A stretch of DNA of 64,000 nucleotides, taken from Blastocystis sp. Blastoise. Its lineage: Eukaryota; Protista; Bigyra: Opalinata. A program made the position numbers and the translations under genes. Location of the stretch: assembly GCA_039096225.1 (NCBI GenBank), contig JBBPEB010000024.1, positions 688,297-752,296 on the forward strand, read 5' to 3'. Below are positions 1 through 16,136 of this stretch, piece after piece (position 1 is the stretch's first letter; each line of letters begins with the position of its first letter). A model generated the notes under the pieces. It saw only the letters and a program-made list of their open reading frames with translations. It was not told where the DNA came from and did no database searches.

Positions 1-567
1 CTTTTCGTTGAGGTGTTATTAATCCTAGATATATATATAATATTATTTATATGAAATATTTATATATATACCATTAATAAATATTTTTTTCTCTTCTAAA
101 CTGAATAAATCCATAGGCATACGTGATTTAATATAATTACAATAACATCCACCTATATCATAATTATTGTCTTTCAAATATTTATAAAATATATCCTTAA
201 CATGATATAATAAATCACTTTGCATATCATTATCAATCGTAATTGAGTACCTAGCAACCGTTTCATATATATCATAACTATCCTTAAGATTTAATGAAGA
301 AACATCCTTGTTATCGTCCATTAACAAATCAATCACGTTTTTCATTGAAGAAGAAGGTATATCTATATAATAACTATTATCTTCATATTTCTCAGAGTGT
401 TGAGTAATATCATAAAAGGGTAATTGGTGATATCTCTCAATAAATTCTCTTGGAATCCACAGTTGCTTCTCATCTTGGAATGTAAATAAATCTGAAAGAA
501 AATAAATAATTTATATTCTTATTTGCATACATTTATCTTCAGATAACTGTAATTCAGCGTTTGACAT
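1..567 (-). CDS. 5' part of a multi-exon gene of a lineage-expanded family with an N-terminal BTB/POZ-like region; runs off the left edge
   Basis: ATG at 567. Spliced reading MSNAELQLSEDK/YLFTFQDEKQLWIPREFIERYHQLPFYDITQHSEKYEDNSYYIDIPSSSMKNVIDLL, with a GT-AG intron at about 492-530. Clear paralog of the gene at 30114-33882. Confidence 0.75.
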
Positions 568-848
568 GATAGTAATTTAACTATAATAACATAATGAGAT
601 CAAGAATCATGATAAAAAGCGGTTATATATTAAATATATGGTAACCGATTACTTAAATCTTACTCAAATAAATTAAGATTAATATAGGCTACCAAGAAAC
701 CAGAAAAATAAATTTTTATTTTTTTTTTTGATAGATTATGAAAATTATGAAAAATAACTGACAGATTATTTTATTCCTTAGATTATTTCTTTGCAAGTTT
801 TAGATACATTTTTATTTATATTTTCTTCATTTTTAATTATATTTTATA

Positions 849-3064
849 ATGATAAAAGAAGGAATTTTATTTGATTTAGATTCTTTGAATCAAGTTAAAG
901 AAGCTGTAAGTGGCTTAGATGAATTAATGAAGAAGATAGTTGAAGGATTCACTTCTATCCTTTCTTTGACACTTTACTCCGGTCAAAAACTTCAAAATGC
1001 TCTTAATAATCTAGATGAAGATTGTATTCAACGAGGAAGTGATAAATTCTCAAAGTTGAAACATTTTCTTGATAATGCTACAGGAAAAACTACTGCAATA
1101 ATGAATACGAGTGATACTAATGATACTGAGCTTATTCTTTTCACTGGAAATGGTCCTTTATTTTCATTATCAAAAAGAATTATCAATTCGATCCCTTATT
1201 CATATATTTATGAGCAATCTGAAGAAGAATTGAGAACAAACGATGGAAATATTTTCCTTGATTATCGAGGAAACGATGCGTGCGTTTATTATTTAATAGA
1301 TTACTTGAATGGTAAAGTTGTAGATTATAGTCAGATTGAGTCTCGAGAACAATTAAAGTTGCTTGAATTATTTGAATTTTGTAATTTACCAATTCCTATA
1401 GAATTATTAGATTGTAGAGAAAAAAGAGATAAAAAACAAAAAAAGTATGAAAAAGGTGATGAAGTCTCACTTTATATTAATGGAAAGAAAGATGATACGA
1501 TTAAAAATTATTTAATGAAGAATAATTTATGGGAAGATTATATAATGAGATATAAGAATGGATATGTTGATTATGATTATATAAATGATATTAGGTCTAT
1601 AAATGTTAGCTATAAGTATATGAAGTATATTAATGAATATATGGAAAATGGTTATCTTGATATAAAAGAAGAAGAAATAAAGAATATAGATATTAGTTTA
1701 TTAGAGAATGAAATGTATAACGTATTTGGTGATCAAGGAAGAGAAGCTACAAATAGAAATATGATGGGAAAACCAGATATATTTAAAAACTCAAAGATTA
1801 TTAATAAAAAATGCTATGAAACTCATTTAGTTAATTGGATAGGTCAAGAAAAGAAATGGAAATTAATATTTAGGTATGTTGATTATTATATCATTTATTA
1901 TATATATATATATATATAGAGCAAGTGACCATGATTTTAAAGCAAGTGAATTCCATAAATATTGTGATAATAAATGTCCTACTGTAACTATTATTAAACA
2001 CATAGGTCATGATAATAAGATTAATATATTTGGAGGATATACTACTCAATATTGGGAATCTAGAAAAGAATATGATTTTAAGTATGATGATGAATCTTTC
2101 TTATTCACTTTAAGTAATGAACATAATATTCCTCCTACTAAATATAGTTTATTAGAACATCATTTGGCAATAACTTGTAAAGAGACAAGTGGCCCTGATT
2201 TTATGGATATACATATCTCTGATGATTGTCATAATAATAGTTATAGTTATATTACTAAAGTTTTTAATTATTATGCTCATAGTCTTACTCCTCAATCTCT
2301 ATCTTTATATGTAAATACAGCTGGTCCAGAAAAAAAAAATTATTTTACTGTTGATGATTATGAAGTCTATGTATTAAAACAAAAATCTGATTTATATTTA
2401 CCTAATTCAATTCTTGTTACTAAAGAAATGGGTATTAAGTTAAGTAATTGGTTTGATGAAGATAAAGAATGGGAATTATTATATAGGTATGTTATATGTT
2501 GTTTTTATATTATATATTGTTTATAATTATATTATTATTATTATATATAGATGTTCTGATGAGAATAGAAGTGTAAAGAAATGGCATGAGAAATGTGATA
2601 ATAAAGAATCATTAGTAATTATACAAGGAAAAGGAAAAGATGGTCAATCGTATATATTTGGAGGATATACTAGTGTTGGTTGGGGAAAGAATCATAATGA
2701 TATGAAAAAAACACTTAAAATTGGTATGGGATATAGAGTAGATTCAAAAGCCTTTTTATTTTCATTAACAAATCCTCATGGACATAATTATACTAAATTA
2801 AATATTAATCCTGAAAAGTTAAATAGCGCATTACTTAGTAATGATTCCGATTATGAATTAACTTTTTGTAATGGTATATATTTACGTACTGATATAGGTT
2901 TAGATCGATTTATGGCAGGTAGTAATATATTTTTATGTGATAAAAACACAGTATATATATCTCCTTATCCTGAATTAGGTAATAGTTTTTTTGTTAATAC
3001 TAATCAATCTGATAAAGAAAATATCTTCGATTTAATTGATTTTGAAGTATTTACGAGTTATTAA
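849..3064 (+). CDS. BTB-like N-terminus plus two tandem TLDc domains (3 exons)
   Basis: ORFs 849-1919, 1876-2526 and 2453-3064 join via GT-AG introns after WKLIFR and WELLYR. TLDc motifs: RASDHDFKASEFHKYCDNK, IFGGYT, FLFTL, FTVDDYEVY; second copy KWHEKCDNK, IFGGYTSVGW, FLFSL, DFEVF. Confidence 0.85.
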
Positions 3065-3657
3065 AAATAAAATAATTATCAAAAAGTTTTTTTCTTCTTT
3101 TTTAAATCTTATTTTATTATTTGTTCTCTTAAATCTTTTTTATTCATATTAACGTATATGTCATTAATAGAATTTATATGTATACATATACAGTTCATAT
3201 ATATATTTTCTTTATTATATACTATATATTATTTATATCTATTGTTTTATGCAATATTTTCAATATTATTCTTATTAAAATGTATATTTTTCTGAATTAT
3301 TAACTTCACAAAGTAATAACTTTTTTTGTTATGATAATTATTTATTATATAATTTATTATTCATTCATATTAAAAATACATGAATTATAAATTGGATACA
3401 ACAATAAGGACATTAATATATTAAAATTTTATATTATTATATAAATTAACAAAAATGTTTAGATATCTTTTTTATGATACCAATGATATGTAGATTCTAT
3501 TATATATTTCACAACTACTAAACATATAAGAAACAACAACAAATAAAATTGATGATAAAAAGGTAATAAGTAAAAATACAAATATAAAAATATATATTTT
3601 CATAGTATCTCAAATAGACTCATTCATATAATAGAAAACAAATATATATATAATATA

Positions 3658-5246
3658 TTAATCTCTTCCCCATACTTCATAATCTTCAACTGTAAAGTAA
3701 TTTTCATTATCAGGACTATCTGTATTTACAAATAAGCAATTATTTTGAGGAGTAAGTCGTTCTGCATAACGTGCTGCCTTGCAATGAGAATTTAAGTTAG
3801 TATGACATCTATCAGATATAAGAATATCGAAGAAAAGTCCGAAAACTGGTCCATAAGTAGGAAAACAAGTTATACCAGTTGTTCGTATTGTACTATCATA
3901 TACATATTTAGTAGGAGGAATGCCATGCTCATTACTTAAGGTAAATAAAAATTCTTTTGAATAAGGTTTGATACCTATATATAGTGAATGAAATTTTCAT
4001 ATAATAATATATACATCCTGTTTTAGGGGATTCCCAACTTTGATCTGTATATCCTCCAAATATATTTAGATAATCATCATGACCTATATGTTTAATTAGA
4101 GTTACTGTTTCTCCTTTATTATCACAACACTTATGAAATGATTTTGCAGAATAATTGTGTTCACTTGCTCTATATATCATTTAATAAATAAAATATAACA
4201 TAGAATGAATACATATACCTATATAATAATTTCCATTTCTTTTCTTTACCTAACCAATTCACTAAAGGTATTTCAAAATGACTCACTTTATTAATAATGA
4301 TAGATTCCAAAAAATATCCACGTATTAAGTTTTTATCTGATTCTTCTCTTCCTTTTTCACCAAATAATTCAACCATTTCTTTCTCAAATAATTCCTTATT
4401 AATATCAATAAGCTTATCTTCTTCTATATCTATAGTTTCATTCTCTATATATTCATTTATATATTCAGTATATTCATATTGTTTATTCATAAATAATCTT
4501 TCATCCATAGGGTTACAATCAATATATTCATTATCATAATTCTTAATATATTCATTCCATAAACCATTCTTTACTAAATATTCTTTAATAGTATCATTCT
4601 TTTTGCCATTTATAATCAATTCTATTTCATCTCCTTCTTCATATTTCTTCTTCTTCATATTTCTCCTTTCTCTACAATTTATTAATTCTAAAGGAATCAC
4701 TAATCCACAAAATTCAAATAAATTTAATATTTGTAATTGTTCTTCATAAGAAAAAGAATCAAAATTTACTTTCTTTCCATTCAAATAATCAACTAAATAA
4801 TAAACAGAACCATCATTACCTCTATAATCAAGATATGCAGATCCATCATTTGTCCTAAGTTCTTCACTACGTTGTTCTTCTATAAAAGAACCTTTCAACG
4901 AATCTAAAACAGATTTCGATATTTGAAATATCGGACCATTATTCGTAAATCGTATTAAATCCATATCATTATCATCATTAGTATTCAAATTGACATTCAT
5001 ATCTTCATTATTCTTATCTTCATAAACACAATTCTTTTCAAATGCATTACTTTCCCCTTCCTTTTCAATACAATCATCTCCAATATGTTTAATAAGTCTA
5101 TTAATCGATATTCCAGAATGTATACCAAGATTCATTACAGCTGAGAAAACATTAACTACATCTTTCATCAATTCTTCATACACATTGATATCCTCCTTCA
5201 ATCTATTGAATTTATCAATATCAAATAACACCTTTTCTTTCACCAT
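3658..5246 (-). CDS. BTB-like + TLDc domain protein (paralog 2)
   Basis: Starts MVKEKVLFD. Motifs WKLLYR/ASEHNYSAKSFHKCCDNKGETV, IFGGYT, FLFTLSNEH, GPVFG. Ends FTVEDYEVWGRD-TAA at 3658. Confidence 0.85.
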
Positions 5247-5386
5247 TTTCAACAAATAATGCAATATAACGCATTAAAAATTTCAAAAAATTTCTCGTTG
5301 AAAATTTTCTTTTGAGTGTTGTAGTTTTTTACAAAAGATTTAGATTTTCATTTAATAACTTACATTTTCATATTATTATATAACCT

Positions 5387-8300
5387 ATGAACTTGTTGCA
5401 ACATTGTGAATATGAATCTATGGTATTAGATTTCCTTTCTGTTGCAAATGAAAAATGGTTTAATCTAGAAATAGTAATTTTGTTATTAAACTATATGTAT
5501 CAAATCATAAACATAGTTTATGAATCAGGAAGCAAAGAAATATTATAATTTGAGAACATCAGGTTTACAATTTGAGAAAGAAATGAGTCCAACCAAGTTA
5601 TGTGATTATTATATAGATGAAGGAGATACTGTATACATCTGCAATACACGCGGATTACTTACAGAATCCATATTCTGCAAAAAGTGTTGGAATGAGTCGA
5701 AACATATTGTATACTAATGTTTTATAATATTAAATATATATTTAGGGTCATAATTATAAAATATCTGTATCTCCTGATAACAGTAGTTTCTGTGATTGTG
5801 GTAGTTTTTCTATTAAATCTGATTGTTTTTGTCAAAATCATAAAGAAATATATGATAGAAATAATTCATCAATATCAATAGAACCGTTGTAAGTTTTTTA
5901 TAGCTATATATATATTATATATATATAGAATGTTAGAATGGTATGAAACCTATTGTCATTTCTGTATATATACATTATTTTATTATACAAGAATTTCAAC
6001 AGAAGAATATCGGTTCAATGTATATATATATAATATACATATATATATTATGTATAATAAAATAATTTCATTTCAATTCTCTATCTATATATATATATAC
6101 AATATAGAAAGCAACATCAATAATAAATTCATTAATATTATTATGTGAATCAGATTTATCTATATATACATATATATGTACCTTCTTCTCTTCCTCTATA
6201 AAGAAACATAATTCTTTATTTAATAAGAAAATAGTCGATATTGATCGTTCATTTTTAACTCTTATTAATATAAAAGATCAAGCACCTTATATATGTATAT
6301 TATTTATTATGTGTTCTATGTGTGAAGATCAATTATATCAAGTATGTATACTTATTTATACTACTGTTTATATATATATAAGGTATATTATATATATATT
6401 TTTTTTTTTTTTTTTAAATATAAAAATTAATTATTTTTTTTAATCATTTATTTTTAAAAACTCCAAGCTTGTTGGGTTTTTTGAAGAATGACTTTTTTAA
6501 TTATTTTATTTTTATGTTTAATTATTTGTATTAAAAATAAATAATATAAAACAAAAATATTTCTAACAAAATATTATTATTATCTGAGATATTATTATTA
6601 TTATTATTATTATTATAGAAAGTATATGGTAATTTTTTATTATTGCTTTTTAAAGATCCATTATTTTGTAATGTTTGTTGTTCTCTTTATCCTATTATAT
6701 TATGGTATTCTTCTATCTGCTATTTACATTTTGATGGTATATATATATATATATTATTATTATGTTTATGTTTATCATTATTATGAATATTATTATCATT
6801 ATTATGAATATAAATTACATATTTCTTCTTTTATTGTACAAAACAAAATAATAATATATATATAACAATTTTTAAATATATATATAGATACTAAACTTCT
6901 TTTTGATTCATTATGGTCTCATCAAGCTTTATTCTTTATTATGTTTATTTCTTATAATAAATATAAGAGTTATATAAATATATTTTCAAATGATTCTATT
7001 TATTCAATTATTCATATTCCTCTGCTTCATGATATATCGAAATATATTGATAATAATAATAATAATAAACAATTATGGGAATCTGAGTTATTCCTATATG
7101 TCGTCTTTAATTTGATTAATATTACTTTGCTAAATCAATGTATATATATTGTTTATATATATATATATATATATACAGTAACTATTTTGTCTACGTATTT
7201 AATATTCATAATTATATTATATTTATACTTATATTTATATTTATATTAGATTTGAATAAAGAACACAAAAGATTACTTGTTGATTATTTATTAGGATTTA
7301 TCAATTATTATATAATAGATTACGAAGAAATATATTTTTTCATAAATACAAAAGAATTAATTCTTGATAAATATGCAACTAAAGCACTTGAATCTATTAA
7401 TGTATATATATTAATTATTATAAAGATTTATTAAAATATTATTAATTAACATCATTTATTATATATATAGTCTTTTATATCAAGTGACTGTATTTCTGAA
7501 GATATATCATTATTATATTATAGTCAAAATAACATTCAAAATCAATCGTCTTTATATGAAGTGATTAAAGCAATCATTTTTAATATATATAAAGAAATAC
7601 ATTCTTTTATACAAGTATATATATAAAATTCTGATTTATTATTATAAGAATTACTAATATTATTAATAATAATAAAATTATTAGAAATCAACAAAAGAAG
7701 AATCAGTTACTTTCTTAATGAATATCTTATCTACTTATAATAATAGATTATTTTTTGATATAGAAAGATGCTATAATATAAATAAATATAAAGAACATTT
7801 TTCAATTCATCTTTTTATTATCTTTGCTATTATTACTCTGTATATATATATTTTACTATAAATATTATATACATATATATATAGTTCCGAGATATATTCA
7901 AATTTTGGTATTTTCTCTTTACCATCAGATGCATCTATTTTCTTTCTTTTTATTTATCATATATCTTTAAGTCAATTTCTACGTGTGTTTCATATTCAGA
8001 ATCAATCAGATAATAATAATAATAATAATAATAATATAGATAATAATAATAATAATATAGATAATAATAATAATAATAATAATAATAGTTATGAACCAAT
8101 TTCTCATATATTTATAGATATAATAGAAAGTCATTTTCTATCTATTTCTGAATACTATGGAATGATTCTCCAAGTATGTAATTATTATACTTATTATATT
8201 TATTATATTATATTTATTATATTTATTTATTATATTTATTTATTATATTTATTATATTAAATTTATTATATTTATTATATTTATTATACCATATTTATTA

Positions 8301-9480
8301 TATTATATTTATTATATTTATTATATTTATTATATTTATTATATTTACTATATTAAATTTATTATATTTATTACTGCTATACTATTTAAAAACGTATATA
8401 TATAGATATTTCCATTATATATAAATGAATATGATCCTATGTCTTTATTCTTATGGTATATATATAAGGGATATAATTATTTAGCCAATAACGAATCCTA
8501 TAAAGATATATATATATTATATAATGATATTTCTGAAGATATTCATTTATATACTATTGATACTATGAATAAATATACAAATAATTTATGTTCATATATA
8601 TCTATATCTGATATTATACGCTTATTATTATGTATTCAATGTGATCGATGCTTTGAACTTGATGATTATGTATATATATATATATATATATATATTAGTT
8701 TTATTAGTGAATAATATAAAATATATTAATATATTCATTTTAATTAAGAACAATATAAACTATAGAACACTAATCCAAATGATAAATATATATATACATA
8801 TATATATATAGATCATTCAAAAGAATAAGCTTTCAAAGCCATTTTTATATAGTCAATTACCTAATTATTCTATATTACTAACAAATCGTAATTCTACTAA
8901 TTATAACAGAGATATTCCTACTACTGATAATGTATATATATATATATATAATTCTTATTCTTATAATATATAGTATTATAGATATATATCTAATAATAAA
9001 ATAACAAAAGATAATGATAATTATACTCAATCATTGTATATATAGATATGATTTTTTATTAAATAATATAATTTATGTATATAGATATAATATTATTTCA
9101 GAAATAAATTCGACTGAAAAACAATATTCTTATAATATATATATATTTCAATTAATGTTTATTCAACATGATCTTTATTATTATGTATATATATATATAT
9201 ATCAGAATATCGAATAATTAATTAATATATACATATATATAGTATTTTTATAATAATGATAATGACTCCATTTTTATTCCTTCTCAAAATATTATTTCAA
9301 AGTATGTATATATTATATATTATATATTATATATTATATATAGACAATATGTGAATTCTCCTTTCTATTCCTCGTTTATTATTCAATATATTCAAGGGAA
9401 AACAACTAATTTTAATGAAGAATCTATAAACACAATAGAATTACTACATTTTATTTATTTTTATATTCGACGTATATGTA

Positions 9481-9528
<48 letters not shown>

Positions 9529-10329
9529 TTCTACTATTGAACAAAATGTATTATGGGGAAATGATATTATTAATACTGTATATATATATCAATTATTTAT
9601 TTATTTATTATTTAGTTGTTAACAGAATTAAGTCATCATGGAAAAACTCTTAATATTCAGCACTATTCATCCATGATTCAGCAATTACTCAATTCACATC
9701 AACTTTACTCACAGTATATATATTCATAATAATATATATTCAATATATATATACATAGAATGATAGAAGATTATGAAAATCAGAAAATAAAAGTATAATG
9801 AATATAATCCATTTACTATATATATATATATATAGAAAGAAAATATTTTACCAAATCTTCAATCATCAAATTTAGATACAAGTATATATATAGTATATAG
9901 CTATATGAGCATTTATATAATAATATTTTTCTATATATAGATGATATAATATGTTCTCTCTGTAATAAAAAAGGTGATATTTTTGTTATGCCTGTATATA
10001 TATTCTTTCAAAATCAACAAGGTATATTATTATTTTTATTATTATGTTTATAGTTTATTTATACTATTTCTTGTTGATTCTAATATATACATAGATTCAA
10101 ATGCATATCAATTTTTAATCTCAAAATATTTAGATAATATACGTATATATGAATATATTCTTTATACAATTATAACTACATATATGTATTCTTCTTTTCA
10201 TAGTGAATCATAATACTTCCGATTTTGAATCTTCCTATTCTATATATAAATCATTAATTGACTGCTATTCTTGTTTAATTACTGGAAGCGTATTTTATGA
10301 TTTCTCTATACATGTATATATAATGGAGA

Positions 10330-10417
<88 letters not shown>

Positions 10418-13400
10418 CAAATTATTATTTATAGAGTTGTAATCATCTATTTCATTTTAAGTGCATATATAATCTATATATAGAATACTTAAAGTCTCTT
10501 GTATATAATATATATAACTATATATATAACTATATATATAATAGAATTATGCAATGAAATGTCCTCTTTGTGGATCACTATATAATTTCATTATTCCAAT
10601 ATATGACACAAAAAGTATAGTTATATATATATACATATTTGATTTTAAATTAATGTGTGTATATTATTATTATATGCATATATATAACTTTTTTGATAAA
10701 ATATGATATAAAAAATATCTATAATAGATAAATTAATAATTTAAAATAACATATATATATAATATTATATATATAGTGTTTTATCATTCTGTTTCAAAAG
10801 AAGAAGAAACAAAAATATATAACAAATATAAATCAATTTATGAAGTAGATATATATATATATATATTTCTCAATTATTGATATTAACTTATATATATAGA
10901 ATACTACAAACAGTCATCGATCTTTTTATAGTTTAACTAATTCAGTATATTATAGATATACATATATAAATAATAATATTATTATAATTATTTAGAATAA
11001 CCCAAAAGATATTGATTTCAAATATTATTTATCACTCTCATATTTTCTTACAAATTTCTCAAGAACTGAATCTTATAAATATGCTGTAAATATATATATA
11101 TATATATATTAATATTCATATTCATATCTTTTTTTTATTTATTATTTCATTATATACATTATATATTATAGAATTCTATGATATATGATTTATTTTCAGA
11201 ATCAATACCTTCAATGGAATATACTTCTCGATGTATATAATCATAATTATTATCATTATTATCATTATTATCATTATTATTATTATTATATTAATTATAA
11301 TGATGATAATCATAATCATTTTTAGTCATACTATCAACTAATTTTCAATAAAAATATTATTATTATTATTCAGATAATCATAATTATATCATGATTATCA
11401 TATAATTATAAAGAATCATTATCATTGTCATTATCATAATATATAGTTTCATTAATAACGAAAGATCAACAATATCAATTATTATATACTCGCAATTTTA
11501 TGTTTATATTTTTAAGAGTTTTCCTTCATGTATATATATATATATATATATATATTTTCATTAATTTTGAAATATTTATATAAATAAAGATATATATAGA
11601 GTTGTTTTCTTCCATCTCATTGTATTCATTATACACCTATAATGCATTTCTATATATATAATTCGAAAACAATGGGAACACCTATAGGATTATTAGATAG
11701 AGGTTGTGTTAGTCGTGATTTATCGATTTCTCATTTCCCTACACATATGACAGATCTAAGTATAGAATATACATATGATGTACATTTAAGATTAATTGGG
11801 AATCTATTAGAATTCTATTATTTATGGAATGATAAAACATTATATAATAGAATGAAAGAGAAAGAGAATATTCAGAGAGATCGAGAAGAATTATATGTTG
11901 ATGAAAATGAAGTTGCATTTAATTATATTAATATACCTATAGATGATTATTATGAAGAAGAATATCAACAATATATACAAGATATAAAGAATAATAATAA
12001 TGAGTATTCTGAATATATGAATGGATTCACAACAGTTTATAAAATTCCATTATTTTATAAAGATTATAAGCCATCAATAATTAATAACAAAGAATATGGA
12101 TATATATTTGAAAGATATAGATTCAGATATTTATATATACTTCATTGTAGACAGAGAATATTAGTTAAAGTAATTGAAGATAGAGTACGTATTCCTTATG
12201 ATAATTATGATTCTATATATTCACCTATATTAGAAATATCTCCATTAGAAATCGATATATATAAATCAAAACATAGTATTATTAATGTAGATATTCAGAC
12301 TGAACTGAAATATGCTGAAAGTGTATTTAGAGAGACTCTTAGTTATCAGAATTGGAACATAAATATTATTATGAAAATGATGGAAAACTTATATATATAT
12401 TATGAAGATATAATATGTAATCATAAACAAAATAATGTTCGATATATATATTTCTTAATAGCAAATATTTTTTTTAACCTCCCTGGTCGTTCTGATAATT
12501 CTTGTTTTCCTTATACTATTCCCCGCGAATATACACGATTATCTACATTATATTCAAAACCATTAGAATATCATGAAATTATTAAGTATTGCTATATTAT
12601 GGAGGATTTATTATTATTTAAACCATTATTAACTCAAATGACTCAGAATTATATGTCTATTTTCTCTAAAGAATCTATTATTTCATTACTTATCAATCAT
12701 CAAATGTATTCATTTAAGAATAACAGAACTAATGTTACTAAAGAAAATATATCGAATTTCAATAATATATCTATATCAGAAAATAATAATATGAATATGA
12801 TGAATATTATTAATAGTTCTTCTGTTTCTGTAGAAAACTCAACTATTCATTCTTCTATCAATTCAATTCTTTCTTCTTCATTTATTGATGTTACTAGTGA
12901 TGATTATTATTATTTTATTTATTTTTATTTAATTATATTAATAAATATAGAATTATCTAAATTTACAATTCTGAATGAGCCAGAATATCATTATAATCCT
13001 GATTATCCTGTTATTTTGAGTCATAATAATCAAGTTGATAATATTCAATTAAATATAAATAAAGAAGAAAATAAATTAAATTCTAATACGCAATCTGATG
13101 AGATTCAATTGAATAACGACAAAGAAAATATTTTAAAAAATAATACTAATAATCAATCTTCTTTGTCATCTATATCAAATCTCTCTGTAAATGATTTTTT
13201 TATTAATTTAAAAACATTATTTTTACAACGTGTTCCTAGAATATTTCCAGATATATATAAAGAATTATATAAATCTCGTCGATATCCTTTTGTCGAACAG
13301 AATGGCTGTTGTTTATTTGAAAATTATACACAAGACTATAGTAAGAATCAAACAACTATAGATTTAGATCATTATAAACTGCCATTAAATTATTCTGCTA

Positions 13401-15798
13401 TTCAAATATCTTCAAATAGTATAATAGAATATATACAATTATTCTTTAAATTATATGAGATAGAAATAAATATTATTGATATATATGATCTTCTTTTTAC
13501 ATTATTTTCTGGTAAAAAAACTATAAAACAAGTGTTTACGTCTTATTCGATAAATCCATGTATATATATCTATTCTATATTATATTCTATATTATATTAA
13601 TTTATATCATATATAATATGCATAATATTATTTTATATGTATAATCTATATTATATAAATTTATATCATATATAATCTATATAGTTTTTGTTGATTATTT
13701 ATATCCATTTATTGGTTCTTTAACAAGATATTTGGAATGTTTTCCTTCTTATATACATGGTATTGCTCATTATTTATTGCTTTATTACTCTCCAGATGAG
13801 GTCATTGTAAACGATAATTGTATTGTAAATTCTATTAGAAGAGTTACAAAGAATAATGAAATAATCATAGATTATATAAAGCATGTTTTACAGATAAATA
13901 AACAGACTCTATCAAATCATGATATAGATATATTATCACATCATTCGCTTATTATTAAACCAAGAAATCTAATTAAAGAATTCATTGATTATTTATTTTG
14001 TCAATTTCCTCTTGGAAATAATGAAGGTATATATTAGATTTATTATGTTTACATATATATATGTTATTTGAAGTATTATGTTTATTGTATTGTATTTTTC
14101 TCATTATTATGATATATGTTTACGAAAGTTTATAATAATACTATTTATTATTATCTATATAGAAATGACAATATTATTATATAAGCATTTCAAAGAATTA
14201 TATCCACTTATATATATAAATAATAAATTAATTATATTACTTCAATTAATGATATTTATTCGATATAAGACATGTTGTATATATATTGTTCTTTTCTATT
14301 ATATTATAAATATTTTGTAAATATATTAATATTGATTATAAGCTATTTATATTTTTATAGTAAATCCATTATTTGTTCAAATTCAAGAGAATAAAACAAG
14401 TATTATATATATATATAAATCCTATTGAATATTTTATATATATAGTTGATAGTGATATATCCTGTTTTTTTAATTATGCAAGAAAATGGGAGAGACGTGA
14501 TGTATGTATATATGAAGAAATACCATTTGAAGAAGAAATCACTAATATGTTATTAGAACAAGGAGTATGTTTTTATTCATCATTATTGTATTATAATATT
14601 ATTATATATATGAATATATATATGTAGATTGAATATACAGTTCAACAATTATCAATTCCATTCATGAGATCTCTATGTATATATATTATATATATATAAA
14701 TCTATATATATATATAGATCTATTAAATATTATTCTTTCTCCTTCTTTTATTCCTTCTTCTGATATTTCTATTCCTACTTCCTTCTCTTCTTTATATACA
14801 TCCTTATCTCTTTCTTCTTCTCCTTCTCTCTCCTCTTTACTTGAAAAACAACCCTGTGAATATACTATTGAAGAAATATTAAATATTATTAATTTTAATG
14901 TATTAAAGTATGTATTATATATTCTTTACTACTATTATTATCTTTATTATAAATTTTATTAAATAGGTTATTTGAAATTCCTGATTATTTCTTTATTTTA
15001 AGTTTTGATCTGAATTTCAAACTATGTGAATATCCACTTCTCAAAAAACTAGTATAAAAATATATAATTTTTCTATCTATATACATATATAGTTTTATTT
15101 ACCTAAAAATGAATTAGAAAATATTTCTTATAATTATACATGTGACCAGTGTAATAGTAAAGATGCAAAGCATATATGTATATGTATTGCTTGTGGTCAA
15201 GCTGTATATTTTTATACTTATTATTATGAAGTTATTTTGATGTTTTAACATATATGATTGGATATTTATATTTTTTTATTCAACCATTACTTCTAAAATA
15301 TTAAAAAATCTTGAATAATTATATATTGTTATTTCTTTATTATTATTAGTATTTTAATATATTTATTATATTTGTTATAGATATGTTTCTTTGCAAAACA
15401 AAAAAGAGATTGTATGAAACAATATTTAAAAAATAATAATAACTTTTGCCATTGTAGTATTTTCATTCAATTATATACTGGTACTATATATTATTTTGGA
15501 AGAGAAGATTGGTATATAATCTTGGGTAACTTGTATGTAATAAATATATATATGTTTTTTTACCAAACATTTATATATATATATATTATATATTATAAAA
15601 AATGTTTCAAATATAGTTATTAGAATATATATATATAGAAATGATTTATCTCATTCTTTGTTATTAAAAGATATAAATATAGAGAATAAGAATGAAATAA
15701 AAATAAAAGAAATAGCAATACGAGAAATTACTTCACTTTTAAATACAAATGATATCAGTAATCGAAAGAAATATACAGAAAGAATGTACATATTATAA
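5387..15798 (+). CDS. Divergent UBR1/PRT6-like N-recognin E3 ubiquitin ligase (UBR-box, RING, C-terminal Cys-rich domain); many introns
   Basis: UBR-box-like C..C..CKKC..H/GH..CDCG..C.C.NH at 5600-5845. RING-like pieces CSLCNKK (~9952), SCNHLFHFKC (~10435) and KCPLCGS (~10557). C-terminal CDQC..CICIACGQ/IC..FCHCSIFIQL (15140-15530). Large central exon 11642-13560. Exon structure only partly traced. Confidence 0.65.
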
Positions 15799-16136
15799 AT
15801 TAATATTTTTTATTGTTATTTATATATTCAATAGTATTTTTTGTTAATTCTCTGTATTGTTATAAGTATATATTTCGTTTATTACATATTTGTTTAATAT
15901 ATATTTTAAGTCCTTTTAATATGATAAATAATAAAATGGATATATAAACAAATAAAAACAACAAACAAAAAATAATTATAAAACAATATTTGTTTATTTA
16001 CAAGAAAACAAAAGTTGAATATTAGAAAAATGAACTAAAATAATATATATATATATATATAAAAATTAATAAACTACATACAATCAATAATTTAAAAATA
16101 TAAATACAACATAACAATAATATATATATAATAAAA